Source: Candidatus Poribacteria bacterium
GTDB lineage: Bacteria; Poribacteria; WGA-4E; WGA-3G
Assembly (NCBI GenBank): GCA_965205015.1
Contig: OZ242029.1
Location: 3,232,001 to 3,296,000 of the forward strand
Direction: 5' to 3'
DNA: 64,000 bases
In this document: one piece after another, positions 35,711 through 45,577 of the stretch
How positions within the stretch are numbered: position 1 is the first letter of the stretch
How the letters are laid out: the number at the start of each line of letters is the position of its first letter
Notes under the pieces: model-generated
What the model saw: only the letters and a program-made list of their open reading frames with translations
Databases searched by the model: none
Told to the model about the DNA's origin: nothing
Translations under genes and position numbers: made by a program

Positions 35711-38656
35711 CTATTTTTGTATCAACATCTTGCGTGTCGCGGTAAAATCGCCTGCGGTGAGCGTGTAGAAGTAGACACCACTCGCCACAGGTTCACCCAA
35801 CGCATTTCTGCCATCCCAATACGCCGCACGGCTCCGAGACGCATAGATATCCGCAGACTGATGCCCTAACGTCAGCATCCGAACCAAACGTCCATCTGCA
35901 GCATAGATAGAAATAGACACATCCGCAGGCTCTGATAACTGATACGGGATCCACGTCTCCGGGTTGAACGGGTTCGGATAGTTCGCTAAGAGCAGCGTCT
36001 CTTTCGGGGTGAGTATCGCAAGGAGCTGCTCCAGAAACAGGAACCCACGCTGATACCGCGCACCCGTGAGACCTTCTGCCCGCGCAAGCGATAACCACTG
36101 ACGCATCTCTGTCGCAGTGAACATCTCAGCAATGCTCTCCGGATGCAGGGACGGGGCAGCCGCTGCTGCTTCTATCGCCGTAGCAATTAACACGAGATCC
36201 GCGGCATCCACCACGCCATCCTTGTTCATATCCGCTGTGTTCTCACCCGTTTGACCCAGACGCTCCGAAGCGACAGTCATATCCTCAAGACTCACCACAC
36301 CATCACCGTTCACGTCTCCTATAAGTTGTGGAGAATCTCCTACCTCTCCAGTCTCAATCCGCACGGCTAAGAAGTCGGCATTGCTGTCGGTCAGTTTCAC
36401 ATCGGATAATATCGGCAGCGCAGGCGAGGCAGTCAGCACTTCAAACGTGAAGGCCGCAAGCATCCCATCCCCTTCACTGCTCTCTTGGAGAGAGGTCCCA
36501 CCAAACGTGACCCGATTGCCATTCACCACGGGCGGCACAACGAAAGCACCTGACGGTAGATACCCGCCATCCACACTTGACACAAAACGCAGGGCTGCAC
36601 GCTCGAAAGTGAGTTCTATCTGATACCCCCTCACATCTGCACCCTCTGTGATGTTAGTGTTCACCGTCAGTTGGTCACCTATGGTGCCAGACCCTACCGA
36701 CGTAGGGGAGAGACTCACCCGCGCAACATCGCTGTTGACAGACACCTCAGGCACTGCTGTTAGACTATCTATTTCAACCGAATAAGATTGTGAGATGTAG
36801 GGTGTGACATCCCACAGCAGCGTGCTGCCGTCACCACTTCCGCTTGCGAGTGTGGTGCCATCAGGCGAAAACGATACACTTCTGACAAAACTATGCCCTA
36901 TAAGCATCTGTATCTGCTCCCCTGTCTCTACGTCCCAGAGACGGATGGTGCCTTCCCAACCCGCTGTTGCGAGTGTGGTGCCATCAGGCGAAAACGATAC
37001 GCTAGAGACCCAACCCCAATGCCCTATAAGCGTCTGTATCTGCTCCCCCGTCTCTACGTCCCAGAGACGGATGGTTTTGTCCCTACTCCCTGTTGCGAGT
37101 GTGGTGCCATCAGGCGAAAACGACACGCTGTGGACACCATCCATATGTCCTGTGAGTGTTCGTATCTGCTCCCCTGTCTCTACGTCCCAGAGACGGATGG
37201 TCTTATCCTGACTCGCTGTTGCGAGTGTGGTGCCATCAGGCGAAAACGATACGCTATAGACACCCTCCGTATGCTTGGTGAGTGTTTGTATCTGCTTCCC
37301 CGTCTCTATGTCCCATAGATGCACGGGGCCGTCCACAATTCCGCTTGCGAGGGTGCCATCCGGAGCAAACGCCAAGCTACCTGCAAAATGCGTATGCCCT
37401 GTGAGTGTTTGTATCTGCTTTCCCGTCTTTACATCCCAGAGACGGATACCAAGGTATCCGCAATTAGTCGCGCTTGCGAGGGTGCCATTATCGGGAGAAA
37501 ACGACAGGCTACTGACAAGATTTATATGCCCTGTGAGTGTTTGTATCTGCCTCCCCGTTTTTACATCCCAGAGACGGATGGTTCCGTGCCCATTCCCGCT
37601 TGCGAGTGTGGTGCCATCCGGACTAAACGATACGCTATAGACAGAACTCGTATGCCGTGTGATCGTTCGTATCTGCTTCCCCGTCTCTACATCCCATAGA
37701 CAGATGCCGCCCAAATTCCCACTGGCGAGGGTGCTACTATCGGGAGAAAACGATACACTAACGACATAACCCGTATCTCCTTCAAGCGTCCGGATGTGGT
37801 TCCCTGTCTCTGCGTCCCAGAGACGGATGGTTCCATCCTGCCCCCCGCTTGCGAGCGTCCTACCATCAGGCGAAAACGATACGCTATGGACACCATCCGT
37901 ATGCCCTTCAAGCGTGCGGATGGGATTACCTGTCGCTACGTCCCATAAATGGATGGTTCCGTCCCCATTTCCGCTTGCGAGTGTGGTGCCATCCGGACTA
38001 AATGATACGCTATCGTTCCAATTCGCACCTCCTTGGAAGGTTTGGAACTGTTCGCCCGTCACTACGTCCCATAAACGGATAGTTTTATCACGACTCTCGC
38101 TTGCGAGTGTGGTGCCATCAGGCGAAAACGATACGCTATAGACCCAACCCGTATGCCCTTGGAGCATGCGGATGGGATCGCCTGTCGCTACGTTCCATAA
38201 ACGGATGGTTCCGTCCCCATTCCCGCTTGCGAGTGTAGTGCCGTCAGGCGAAAACGACACGCTACCGACAGTACTCGTATGCCCTTAGAACGTTCGTATC
38301 TGCTTCCCCGTTTCTACGTCCCATAAACGAATAGTTCTGTCATTACTCCCACTTGCGAGTGTGGTGCCATCAGGCGAAAACGATACACTCAAGACGACCC
38401 CATGCGTATGCCCCGTGAGTAGGTCAAGTGCCTCACCAGTCTCCGCATCGTAGACCCAAATACCGATAGAACTCGCAGCCACCAGACGCGTCGCATCCGG
38501 GGAATACGCTATCTCGTATATACGCCCTTTATCAAGGCGCGCTTTGGCACCCTCGGGTAAACCCCATTGCGTGTCGTCTTGCGCGAAGGTGTTTGCTGAA
38601 AAAACGGTGAACGCATACAATAGGGTCAAAACAATAAAAAAACGTCTGTTTTTCAT
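35711..38656 (-). pseudogene. Secreted WD40-repeat / cohesin / dockerin-like / FlgD-like protein with a single in-frame TAA at 38285-38287
   Basis: ORFs 38285..38731 and 35711..38260 share a frame (…IRTF*GHTSTVGSVSFSPDG…). Signal peptide from ATG 38656, about 12 SFSPDG..LASG...IRLWD repeats, GDVNGDGVV dockerin-like motif, NYPNPFNPETWIPY…ASGVYFY tail. Confidence 0.85.
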
Positions 38657-38723
38657 GAAAGTTTCCTCATCTTGTTTGTGGCAATTTGGATATCCAGAGC
38701 AGAAACCCAAGCGTTGAAAATTG

Positions 38724-39608
38724 TCAATCAAGAATGTGCCTTAGAAATCCTTCATGTTCTTCTAAGAGTGTGTTCGCGTCCGTTGGATTCAGTCCCTTCG
38801 CGAGCATTACAATCGCGAGTTTGGCGCGACCGTCTGCGCGTGTTAATGCTTCCTCAGCCACCGCGGCATTGACCCCAGTAACGGCTTGGACAATTCGGAT
38901 GCTCCGCGCAACCAGTTTCGCATTAGAAGCATTTACATCTACCATTAGGTTGTTGTAGACCTTACCCAGTTTGATCATAGAAACAGTCGTCAACATGTTC
39001 AGAACCAGTTTCGTGGCTGTTCCCGCTTTCAATCGGGTTGAGCCAGCGATGATCTCCGGTCCGACAATGGGTGTGATGAAATGTGTTACCCATCCTTTCA
39101 ATTGCGCAGGCGGTGGAACACAGCAGAGAAATATTGTTGTTGCACCAAGGGTGTGCGCCTCCTTCAAAGCCCCTATAACGTAAGGGGTCTGTCCACTGCT
39201 TGCGATTCCGACGATCACATCTTGTGATGTGAGGTGTCGCTCTCGGACAGCGAGCGCACCACTTTCGGGCTTATCCTCTTCCCTTTCCACCGAGCGACGT
39301 AAGGCAACATCTCCACCTGCGATTATGCCTTGCACCATTTCTGGGGACGTGCTAAAGGTCGGCGGACATTCAGAAGCATCCAACACGCCGAGTCTACCAC
39401 TCGTACCCGCGCCAACATAAAAGAGTCTACCACCGGCGCGAAATGCTGCAACGCATAATTCAATAGCGTGTGCAATCGCTTCGGATTCTGCTTCTACTGC
39501 CTTAATCGCTTTCCGATCTTCTTCGTGAAAAATCCGGACGATTTCTGACGTTGACTTCAGATCGATGTCAACAGAATTCGGATTTTGCCCTTCTGTTTTT
39601 TTAATTAT
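38724..39608 (-). CDS. murQ: N-acetylmuramic acid 6-phosphate etherase (frame extends to about 39608 with no ATG/GTG/TTG start)
   Basis: TEGQNP..DID, YVGAGTSGRLGVLDASECPPTF, GSTRLKAGTATKLVLNM and N.MVDV..SN.KL motifs. Confidence 0.9.
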   Translation of the reverse strand: MIKKTEGQNPNSVDIDLKSTSEIVRIFHEEDRKAIKAVEAESEAIAHAIELCVAAFRAGGRLFYVGAGTSGRLGVLDASECPPTFSTSPEMVQGIIAGGDVALRRSVEREEDKPESGALAVRERHLTSQDVIVGIASSGQTPYVIGALKEAHTLGATTIFLCCVPPPAQLKGWVTHFITPIVGPEIIAGSTRLKAGTATKLVLNMLTTVSMIKLGKVYNNLMVDVNASNAKLVARSIRIVQAVTGVNAAVAEEALTRADGRAKLAIVMLAKGLNPTDANTLLEEHEGFLRHILD

Positions 39609-39734
39609 ACCTTGCGGTTCGGTGAGGCGGGTTTAGATATTGACGTGCCTTTCCGTATATCTGAAGAAACGCCCCAGCAAAAACCCCTCCATTTCATTAT
39701 GGGCTAACGTTTTAACCTGTTAAACTAAAGCCTA

Positions 39735-40661
39735 TTAACCTGACACAGGGTCCTTCTGCAAACTTGCTTGTGCTAACAACACAGCCCCGTAGGCAGGCTC
39801 ATGTTTTGGGAGTTGGATTACTGCGCCTGGTTGAATCCTTGCCAACCGGTGGCGGAGTTTATCGGCAAATATCGGTTGGTGAGTGAGATTGCCCCCACTG
39901 AGAACGATATCAAATGGCTCAGTGAATTCCAACTGTTCAATTACACTGACTGCGGCACAAACGAGTTCATCAGCCGCTGCGTCGACAATGCCTTCAGCAA
40001 CCGTGTCCGCTGTTCGGGCAGTATCGAACACCACCTTTGCCAACTGAGCAATCGTATCTCGACTCGCGGTGTGCGCCCAGCGAATCAGTTCGCTCGGTTC
40101 GTTGCGTTCAAGTCTATTGAGGATTCGATCTGTCAAGTCGGTTTGGTCGCCTCTGCCATCAGCGGCACGGGCAACGGCTTGGAGTCCTTTTATAGCAATG
40201 TCGTAACCGCTCCCTTCGTCTCCAAGGAGGTATCCCCATCCACTGGCGCGTGCTTCTCTGCCATCGGCGTTGATGCCGTAGACGATCGCACCCGTTCCGG
40301 AGATGACAATTACACCTTCCTGTTTCTCTATGCCACCAACGAGAGCGATATGTGCGTCGTGGGTCAAGACTCGATTTTGGCAGATGCCGAGTTCATCACA
40401 AATTTGTCCAATCACTTCTCGATCTGCGGGACGTCCTAAGCCAGCCATACCCAAGCAGAACCGAACAGAACCCCCTGATGGCATGCCTGATTTTTCGTAA
40501 AGTTCCGTGATGATGTCTTCCAAAACCGCCTGCGTTTTCGCCTCGCCAACGACGTGGTAGTTCGCGGGTCCTGATTCCACTTCTGCGAGGTGTTGTCCCG
40601 TTGCTGTTGCCAGAATACCAATCGTTTTCGTTCCACCGCCATCAATTCCGATGATGTACAT
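39735..40661 (-). CDS. BadF/BadG/BcrA/BcrD-type N-acetylglucosamine/MurNAc kinase
   Basis: IGIDGGGTKT, ISGTG and GWGYLLGDEGSG motifs; next to murQ; start placed at ATG 40661. Confidence 0.9.
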   Translation of the reverse strand: MYIIGIDGGGTKTIGILATATGQHLAEVESGPANYHVVGEAKTQAVLEDIITELYEKSGMPSGGSVRFCLGMAGLGRPADREVIGQICDELGICQNRVLTHDAHIALVGGIEKQEGVIVISGTGAIVYGINADGREARASGWGYLLGDEGSGYDIAIKGLQAVARAADGRGDQTDLTDRILNRLERNEPSELIRWAHTASRDTIAQLAKVVFDTARTADTVAEGIVDAAADELVCAAVSVIEQLEFTEPFDIVLSGGNLTHQPIFADKLRHRLARIQPGAVIQLPKHEPAYGAVLLAQASLQKDPVSG

Positions 40662-40691
40662 AATACTTTGGAATAACACCTCTGTAAAAAT

Positions 40692-40720
40692 TTGACAATT
40701 CGGCTTGCATCCTCTATAAT
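40692..40720 (+). promoter_or_regulatory. Consensus sigma70 promoter for the 40780 gene
   Basis: TTGACA-17 bp-TATAAT. Confidence 0.75.
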
Positions 40721-40779
40721 GTAATTTACACGATTTAGAAAATAGTTGCAATAAAATTTTTATCGGTAGGTGCCTCAAA

Positions 40780-41721
40780 ATGCAAAATAAAAATTATATC
40801 GCGCTCATGATTTTATGTGGAAGCCTTGTGTGCCTCGGTTGCTCCCAAGATACGGTGCAATTTGAGTGGCGACACCTTGAAAGCGGGACGGGTGAACATC
40901 TTTACGGCATCCATTTTATAGACACGAAACGCGGCTGGGCAGTCGGTACTGGTGGCACAGTACTCTCTACAGTTGACGGTGGAGGTTCTTGGAAAGCAGC
41001 TGCGATCTCAAAGGACACGCTGACGCAGGTTAATTTCGCGACGCCAAACAATGGTTGGACCGTCAGTATTGGGCAGGTACATTATACGGGCAGTGGGGGT
41101 GCCTCGTGGAACTTGCAACACCAAGCACGCGGTATGGGGAAGACCTCGCCTGGCATCTTGGATCTACATTTCGTTAACACAACGCACGGCTGGGCGGTTG
41201 GCGGAAAAGGGACGGTGCTTAAAACAGAGAATGGCGGCGGTCGTTGGGAAAGCCAAAGAGATCTGTCAGATAAGCATTTATGGGGTGTGTATTTTGTTGA
41301 TCCAGCACACGGATGGATTGTAGGGGAAGAGGGTGAGATTCTCCATACCCAAGATGGTGGAAATCGGTGGGTTCAACAGCGAAGTAACGTCGAGCAGCCT
41401 TTATTCTCTGTCCATTTTGCAAATTTGACGCACGGATGGATTGTAGGGACAAATGGCTTGATTCTCCATACCCCTGATGGTGGCATGACGTGGGTACGGC
41501 AAAAAACGCCTGTAAATCAGACCTTACGAGACATCGCCTTCCGTGATGAGAAACGCGGGTGGGCAGTCGGTGAGAAAGGGCTAATCCTCCACACAATAGA
41601 TGGTGGCAACACATGGAATCGCTATCCTACACCTGCTCAGCATAACTTGCAGGATATCTATCTCCAGAAAAATGCGGGGTGGATTGTCGGCGCGAAAGGG
41701 ACTATCCTGAGAGGTCATTAG
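40780..41721 (+). CDS. Ycf48/BNR-repeat beta-propeller lipoprotein
   Basis: Repeated GW.VG..G.IL.T.DGG..W; lipobox LGC. Confidence 0.88.
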   Translation: MQNKNYIALMILCGSLVCLGCSQDTVQFEWRHLESGTGEHLYGIHFIDTKRGWAVGTGGTVLSTVDGGGSWKAAAISKDTLTQVNFATPNNGWTVSIGQVHYTGSGGASWNLQHQARGMGKTSPGILDLHFVNTTHGWAVGGKGTVLKTENGGGRWESQRDLSDKHLWGVYFVDPAHGWIVGEEGEILHTQDGGNRWVQQRSNVEQPLFSVHFANLTHGWIVGTNGLILHTPDGGMTWVRQKTPVNQTLRDIAFRDEKRGWAVGEKGLILHTIDGGNTWNRYPTPAQHNLQDIYLQKNAGWIVGAKGTILRGH

Positions 41722-41808
41722 GATTTGAATTCTATAATTAAGGGGATGTGTAGAGCCAAATCTCCGTGATTCAGCCCTACTTGTCCGGTGAATTTCCAAT
41801 TGTGGGTT

Positions 41809-42858
41809 CTACTCACGCGGAAGCGAAACTGTATCGGGAACAACGATCTCGCCCGCAATGATTTTTGCCTTCAATGATTCAATGGTCGTTATGAGGTCGT
41901 CCGAAAGCAGCGATTGGTTGTGTTCATCGACGGCATAACTGACCTCGCCATCTTCGAGTCCGAAATATCGGACTCCTGCCGTAAAATTACCCTCCATAGT
42001 TTCTCGGATAATGCGCTGCACAGAAGTTGAAATCTCTTTTGTCATACTCGTTAGGACAATTCCTGGGGCAAGATGGTTACCGTTAGCGTCAACCCAAATA
42101 ATGAATTTTTGTTGTTCTTGGGCGGCTTCAAGCACGCCTTGACCCGACCCGCCAGCGGCGGCGTAAATTACATCGATTCCGTTTGCATATTGTGCTAAAG
42201 CCAGTTCTTTTGCTTTTTCAGGTTGATCGAAACCCGTTGCATCTTTGCTAATATATTCTACGGTGACTTCCGCATCTGGGTTGACTGCATGAATCCCAGC
42301 GACGTAGCCTGCTTCAAATTCCTGTAATAGCGGGACATCCGCACCTCCGATGTAGCCGATTTTGTTACTTTCCGATTTCAAAGCCGCAATTGCTCCAACC
42401 AGAAATGAGCCTTCGTTGGATTTATAGTTCACAGAAGCCACATTTGGAATATCAAGCACAACATCAAAAGTTGCAAATTGGACATCAGGGAATTCGGGTG
42501 CGACGCGAGCAAGCACGTCTCCCATTTGATAACCTGCTGTCAAAACAAGTTCTGAATTCTGGGCAGCTTCTCTGAGGAACATCTCTGTGGCTACTGGGTC
42601 ATTTTCCATACCGTTTACTTCGGTTAGCGTAATTCCAAGTTCTTTCTCTGCGGCTTTTACACCGATATGGAAGGCGGTACAATAAGCCGCTGAGCCAACG
42701 CAATCGCTGGGATATATCATGGTCACGCGAAGCGGTGCCGCCTCTGTTTCACTCGTCGGTTCAGTGAGAATGACATCTTGAATTGCCTCACAGCCACAGA
42801 TTAAAAGTAGCCCGAATGCTAAAAAAAAGTATTTGCTAAGAATGCTAAAATTTTTCAT
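41809..42858 (-). CDS. BMP-family (PnrA/TmpC-like) ABC substrate-binding lipoprotein
   Basis: EGSFLVG..AA, FEAGY.AG, AAGGSG.G and LTSM.K motifs; lipobox ICGC; start placed at ATG 42858. Confidence 0.9.
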   Translation of the reverse strand: MKNFSILSKYFFLAFGLLLICGCEAIQDVILTEPTSETEAAPLRVTMIYPSDCVGSAAYCTAFHIGVKAAEKELGITLTEVNGMENDPVATEMFLREAAQNSELVLTAGYQMGDVLARVAPEFPDVQFATFDVVLDIPNVASVNYKSNEGSFLVGAIAALKSESNKIGYIGGADVPLLQEFEAGYVAGIHAVNPDAEVTVEYISKDATGFDQPEKAKELALAQYANGIDVIYAAAGGSGQGVLEAAQEQQKFIIWVDANGNHLAPGIVLTSMTKEISTSVQRIIRETMEGNFTAGVRYFGLEDGEVSYAVDEHNQSLLSDDLITTIESLKAKIIAGEIVVPDTVSLPRE

Positions 42859-42934
42859 AGTGCCTCCTAAAAAACTTTGTCGTAAATATGAAAATAGAAA
42901 ATTATTGCGTGAATGAAACTGACCCACCCCGATT

Positions 42935-43384
42935 TCATAGAAAACGCTCTTCACAAACCTGATAGGGATCATTGGTGTAAACGCGATAAGTGACGCGTCC
43001 CGAAAAATCGAGCATATCTTTCATTCTATCATAGATAGCCGGATGCGATACACGCTGCAAAGCCGAATGACGCGCAACCCATTCGGTTTCTAAACTTTCA
43101 TCGCTCGTTGTTAATTCACCCCGGATGTGGTCTCCTAAGAAACCAAACATCAATTTAGTAGGGGACTTGATATTTGAGTAGACCCCAACCAATTGTCCAA
43201 TTAGGGCAGTGATGCCAGTCTCTTCTTGAATTTCACGTTGTAACGCCTCAATAAGGTTTTCACCTTCTTCGACCTGACCACCGGGAAACTCCCAGCCACG
43301 GCGTGGACTCCGTATGAGCAGGATTTTGCCGTTGGGATGACTGATCAATCCAGAGACGGCAACAATGTGTTTTGGGTGGATCAT
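42935..43384 (-). CDS. NUDIX hydrolase
   Basis: PGGQVEEGENLIEALQREIQEETG Nudix box. Confidence 0.92.
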   Translation of the reverse strand: MIHPKHIVAVSGLISHPNGKILLIRSPRRGWEFPGGQVEEGENLIEALQREIQEETGITALIGQLVGVYSNIKSPTKLMFGFLGDHIRGELTTSDESLETEWVARHSALQRVSHPAIYDRMKDMLDFSGRVTYRVYTNDPYQVCEERFL

Positions 43385-43406
43385 TCAAACCTCAGTAGAG
43401 TCTCAG

Positions 43407-43432
43407 AGGGTAGGTACAAGACCTACCCCTAC
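43407..43432 (-). repeat. GTAG-type REP (AGGGTAGGTACAAGACCTACCCCTAC)
   Basis: Same unit as the tandem array at 63932-64000. Confidence 0.75.
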
Positions 43433-43458
43433 GGTGTGAAGAGAAGCGTGCCTACAGG

Positions 43459-45078
43459 CTACACACCTATTGCATACCCATCGCGCCGGGGGTCAGCACC
43501 ACCCATAAAGCTTCCTTCTTCGGGATCGAAAGCGATGCCGTGTCCGCCGCCGACGGTTGCGGTCCAATCAGGCAACACCTCAACCTCATGTCCGCGTGCT
43601 TCTAACGCCGCACGGACAGCAGCAGGAATCCGTCCCTCTATGCTGACATGTGTTCCCGGATTTACCAAGCGAACGCGCGGTGCTTCGATCGCCGCTTGGA
43701 CGTTCATCCCGTGTTCAATCAGGTTTAGCACCATCTGTAGTGTCGTTTGAAGGATGCCGTGGCTTCCAGGTGTGCCAATCGCCGCGAACGGATTTCCGTC
43801 CTTCCAGACTTGGCACGGCGACATGCACATCTCTATCCGTTTATGCGGTCCAACAGCGTTCGGACTCTCTGGGATTCTATCAAACCAATTCATGAAATTG
43901 TTGAGGAACATTCCTGTTGAACCGAGAATTACGCCTGAACCGAAAGGTTGTCCGAGGCTCTGTGTCACTGCGACGATATTGCCCTCTGCATCGGCGGTGT
44001 CAAAATGGGTTGTGCATTCGGTCGTCCAGTCATCAGCTACGATCTCGCCGGGAAGTTTGTCCTTTGACCAACGTTCACCCCCGCTGACTGCAGCCTGCTC
44101 ACCGATGCGTTCACGTTGTGCACGTGCATAGTCTTTGGATAACAAACGTTCAATCGGTGGATTCGGACGCGGAGCGTATTCGGCTCTATCCGCACTGGCT
44201 AACTTAATCGCTTCAATCAGTAGATGTAGATATTCTGGGGTATTGTGTCCGAGTTCACCGAGGGCATCGCCTTCCAAAATATTCAATGTCTCCAAGTACT
44301 GAAAACCTGAACACGGCGGCGGTGGACAGTAGACTTCATAATCCTTGTAGGTGACAGAGATAGGTTCCTGCCACTCCACCTCGAAGTCAGCCAAATCCTT
44401 TTCGGTAATTAGTCCATCAGTTTCTTCGGAAAAACGGACGATCTCTTTGGCAATCTCGCCGCGATAGAATGCCTCCACTCCGCCTTCAGCGACTTGACGG
44501 AATGTATTGGCTAAATCCTTTTGCACCAAGACCTCACCGGGGTGTGGTGTCCTCCCTCGTGAGGCGATCACCTCTTCAGCTCTCTCGGAGAAATAGGGAC
44601 GCGCACCTGCGATAAATTCCGCATTCTTGACGGTGACGGCGTATCCATTTTCCGCCAGTTCAATCGCTGGTGTAAAGATATCCGCGTGATCCATACTTCC
44701 GTAGCGTTCCAAGAGGGCAAGCCACCCACCACAGCCACCCGGTACCATACCGGCCCGAATACCGACCTGCTGACTTTCGAGGGTTGGATAGACATCCAGT
44801 GTTGCCGCGTAAGGGGCAGTGCCGAGATAATCTATCACGTGGTGTCTTTTTTCCTTCGCATTATAGAGCAACATGTACCCGTTACCCGCGATACCCGACA
44901 TATAAGGCTCAACCACATTGAGCGTTGAAGCGACTGCGACGGCTGCATCAAATGCGTTACCGCCAGCGAGCAACATGCGCGCGCCAGCAAGGCTGGCAAG
45001 CGGATGTGCACTCGTTACCATTCCGCGTGTACCCGTTACAGTCGATCGATGCGTTGTGCCGTGTGATGGAAAAGCCAT
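43459..45078 (-). CDS. ggt: Gamma-glutamyltransferase family protein, second paralog
   Basis: GGNAFDAA, ECTTHF nucleophile, GTPG and ADPRRDG motifs. Confidence 0.9.
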   Translation of the reverse strand: MAFPSHGTTHRSTVTGTRGMVTSAHPLASLAGARMLLAGGNAFDAAVAVASTLNVVEPYMSGIAGNGYMLLYNAKEKRHHVIDYLGTAPYAATLDVYPTLESQQVGIRAGMVPGGCGGWLALLERYGSMDHADIFTPAIELAENGYAVTVKNAEFIAGARPYFSERAEEVIASRGRTPHPGEVLVQKDLANTFRQVAEGGVEAFYRGEIAKEIVRFSEETDGLITEKDLADFEVEWQEPISVTYKDYEVYCPPPPCSGFQYLETLNILEGDALGELGHNTPEYLHLLIEAIKLASADRAEYAPRPNPPIERLLSKDYARAQRERIGEQAAVSGGERWSKDKLPGEIVADDWTTECTTHFDTADAEGNIVAVTQSLGQPFGSGVILGSTGMFLNNFMNWFDRIPESPNAVGPHKRIEMCMSPCQVWKDGNPFAAIGTPGSHGILQTTLQMVLNLIEHGMNVQAAIEAPRVRLVNPGTHVSIEGRIPAAVRAALEARGHEVEVLPDWTATVGGGHGIAFDPEEGSFMGGADPRRDGYAIGV

Positions 45079-45195
45079 GCTTATCTCCTCGTTTCTTTTT
45101 TATGTCCGACTTGCGTAAAATTGAGTCGGCATATCTACCTCTTGTGGGAGGGGTTTGTAACCCCGACAATATATGTAAGTCCTACTACAGCCAAT

Positions 45196-45540
45196 TTAGT
45201 TTGTAAACTTTGCTAAATACTTCCAGACCCAGTGCCACCGGAGCTGCCAGATTAATTTCCGGCGATTGATGTGATGCTCGAAAAGTCTTTGCCCATCTAA
45301 CTCAAGCACAGGAATCAGATGTTTATATTTCGTGAAGAGTCCGAGATTCTTTGTGATGTTAATCTCCTCTACTGCAATAAACGGTGTCTTTGCTTCAATG
45401 CGCTGCAGCACCACTTTTGCCTCATCGCAGAGCGGGCAGTCCGGTTTCGTGTAGAACTGGAGTTGTATGGGTTTGCTTTTCAACAGAATTGCTTTGAAGT
45501 AAAATCTGCTAATATAAAAAATACGTGTGATTGCTTCCAA
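45196..45540 (-). CDS. Glutaredoxin-like (DUF836) protein
   Basis: FYTKPDCPLCDEAK (CxxC) and IPVL motifs; the true start may lie downstream of the track start. Confidence 0.8.
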   Translation of the reverse strand: MEAITRIFYISRFYFKAILLKSKPIQLQFYTKPDCPLCDEAKVVLQRIEAKTPFIAVEEINITKNLGLFTKYKHLIPVLELDGQRLFEHHINRRKLIWQLRWHWVWKYLAKFTN

Positions 45541-45577
45541 CGAAGGTAGTCCCTACACGGGTTTGGCATCTTTATTT

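Noticed and set aside
38285-38287. Programmed stop-codon recoding in the WD40 gene
   Set aside because: The codon is TAA, not TGA (Sec) or TAG (Pyl), and TAA terminates many other genes in this window.
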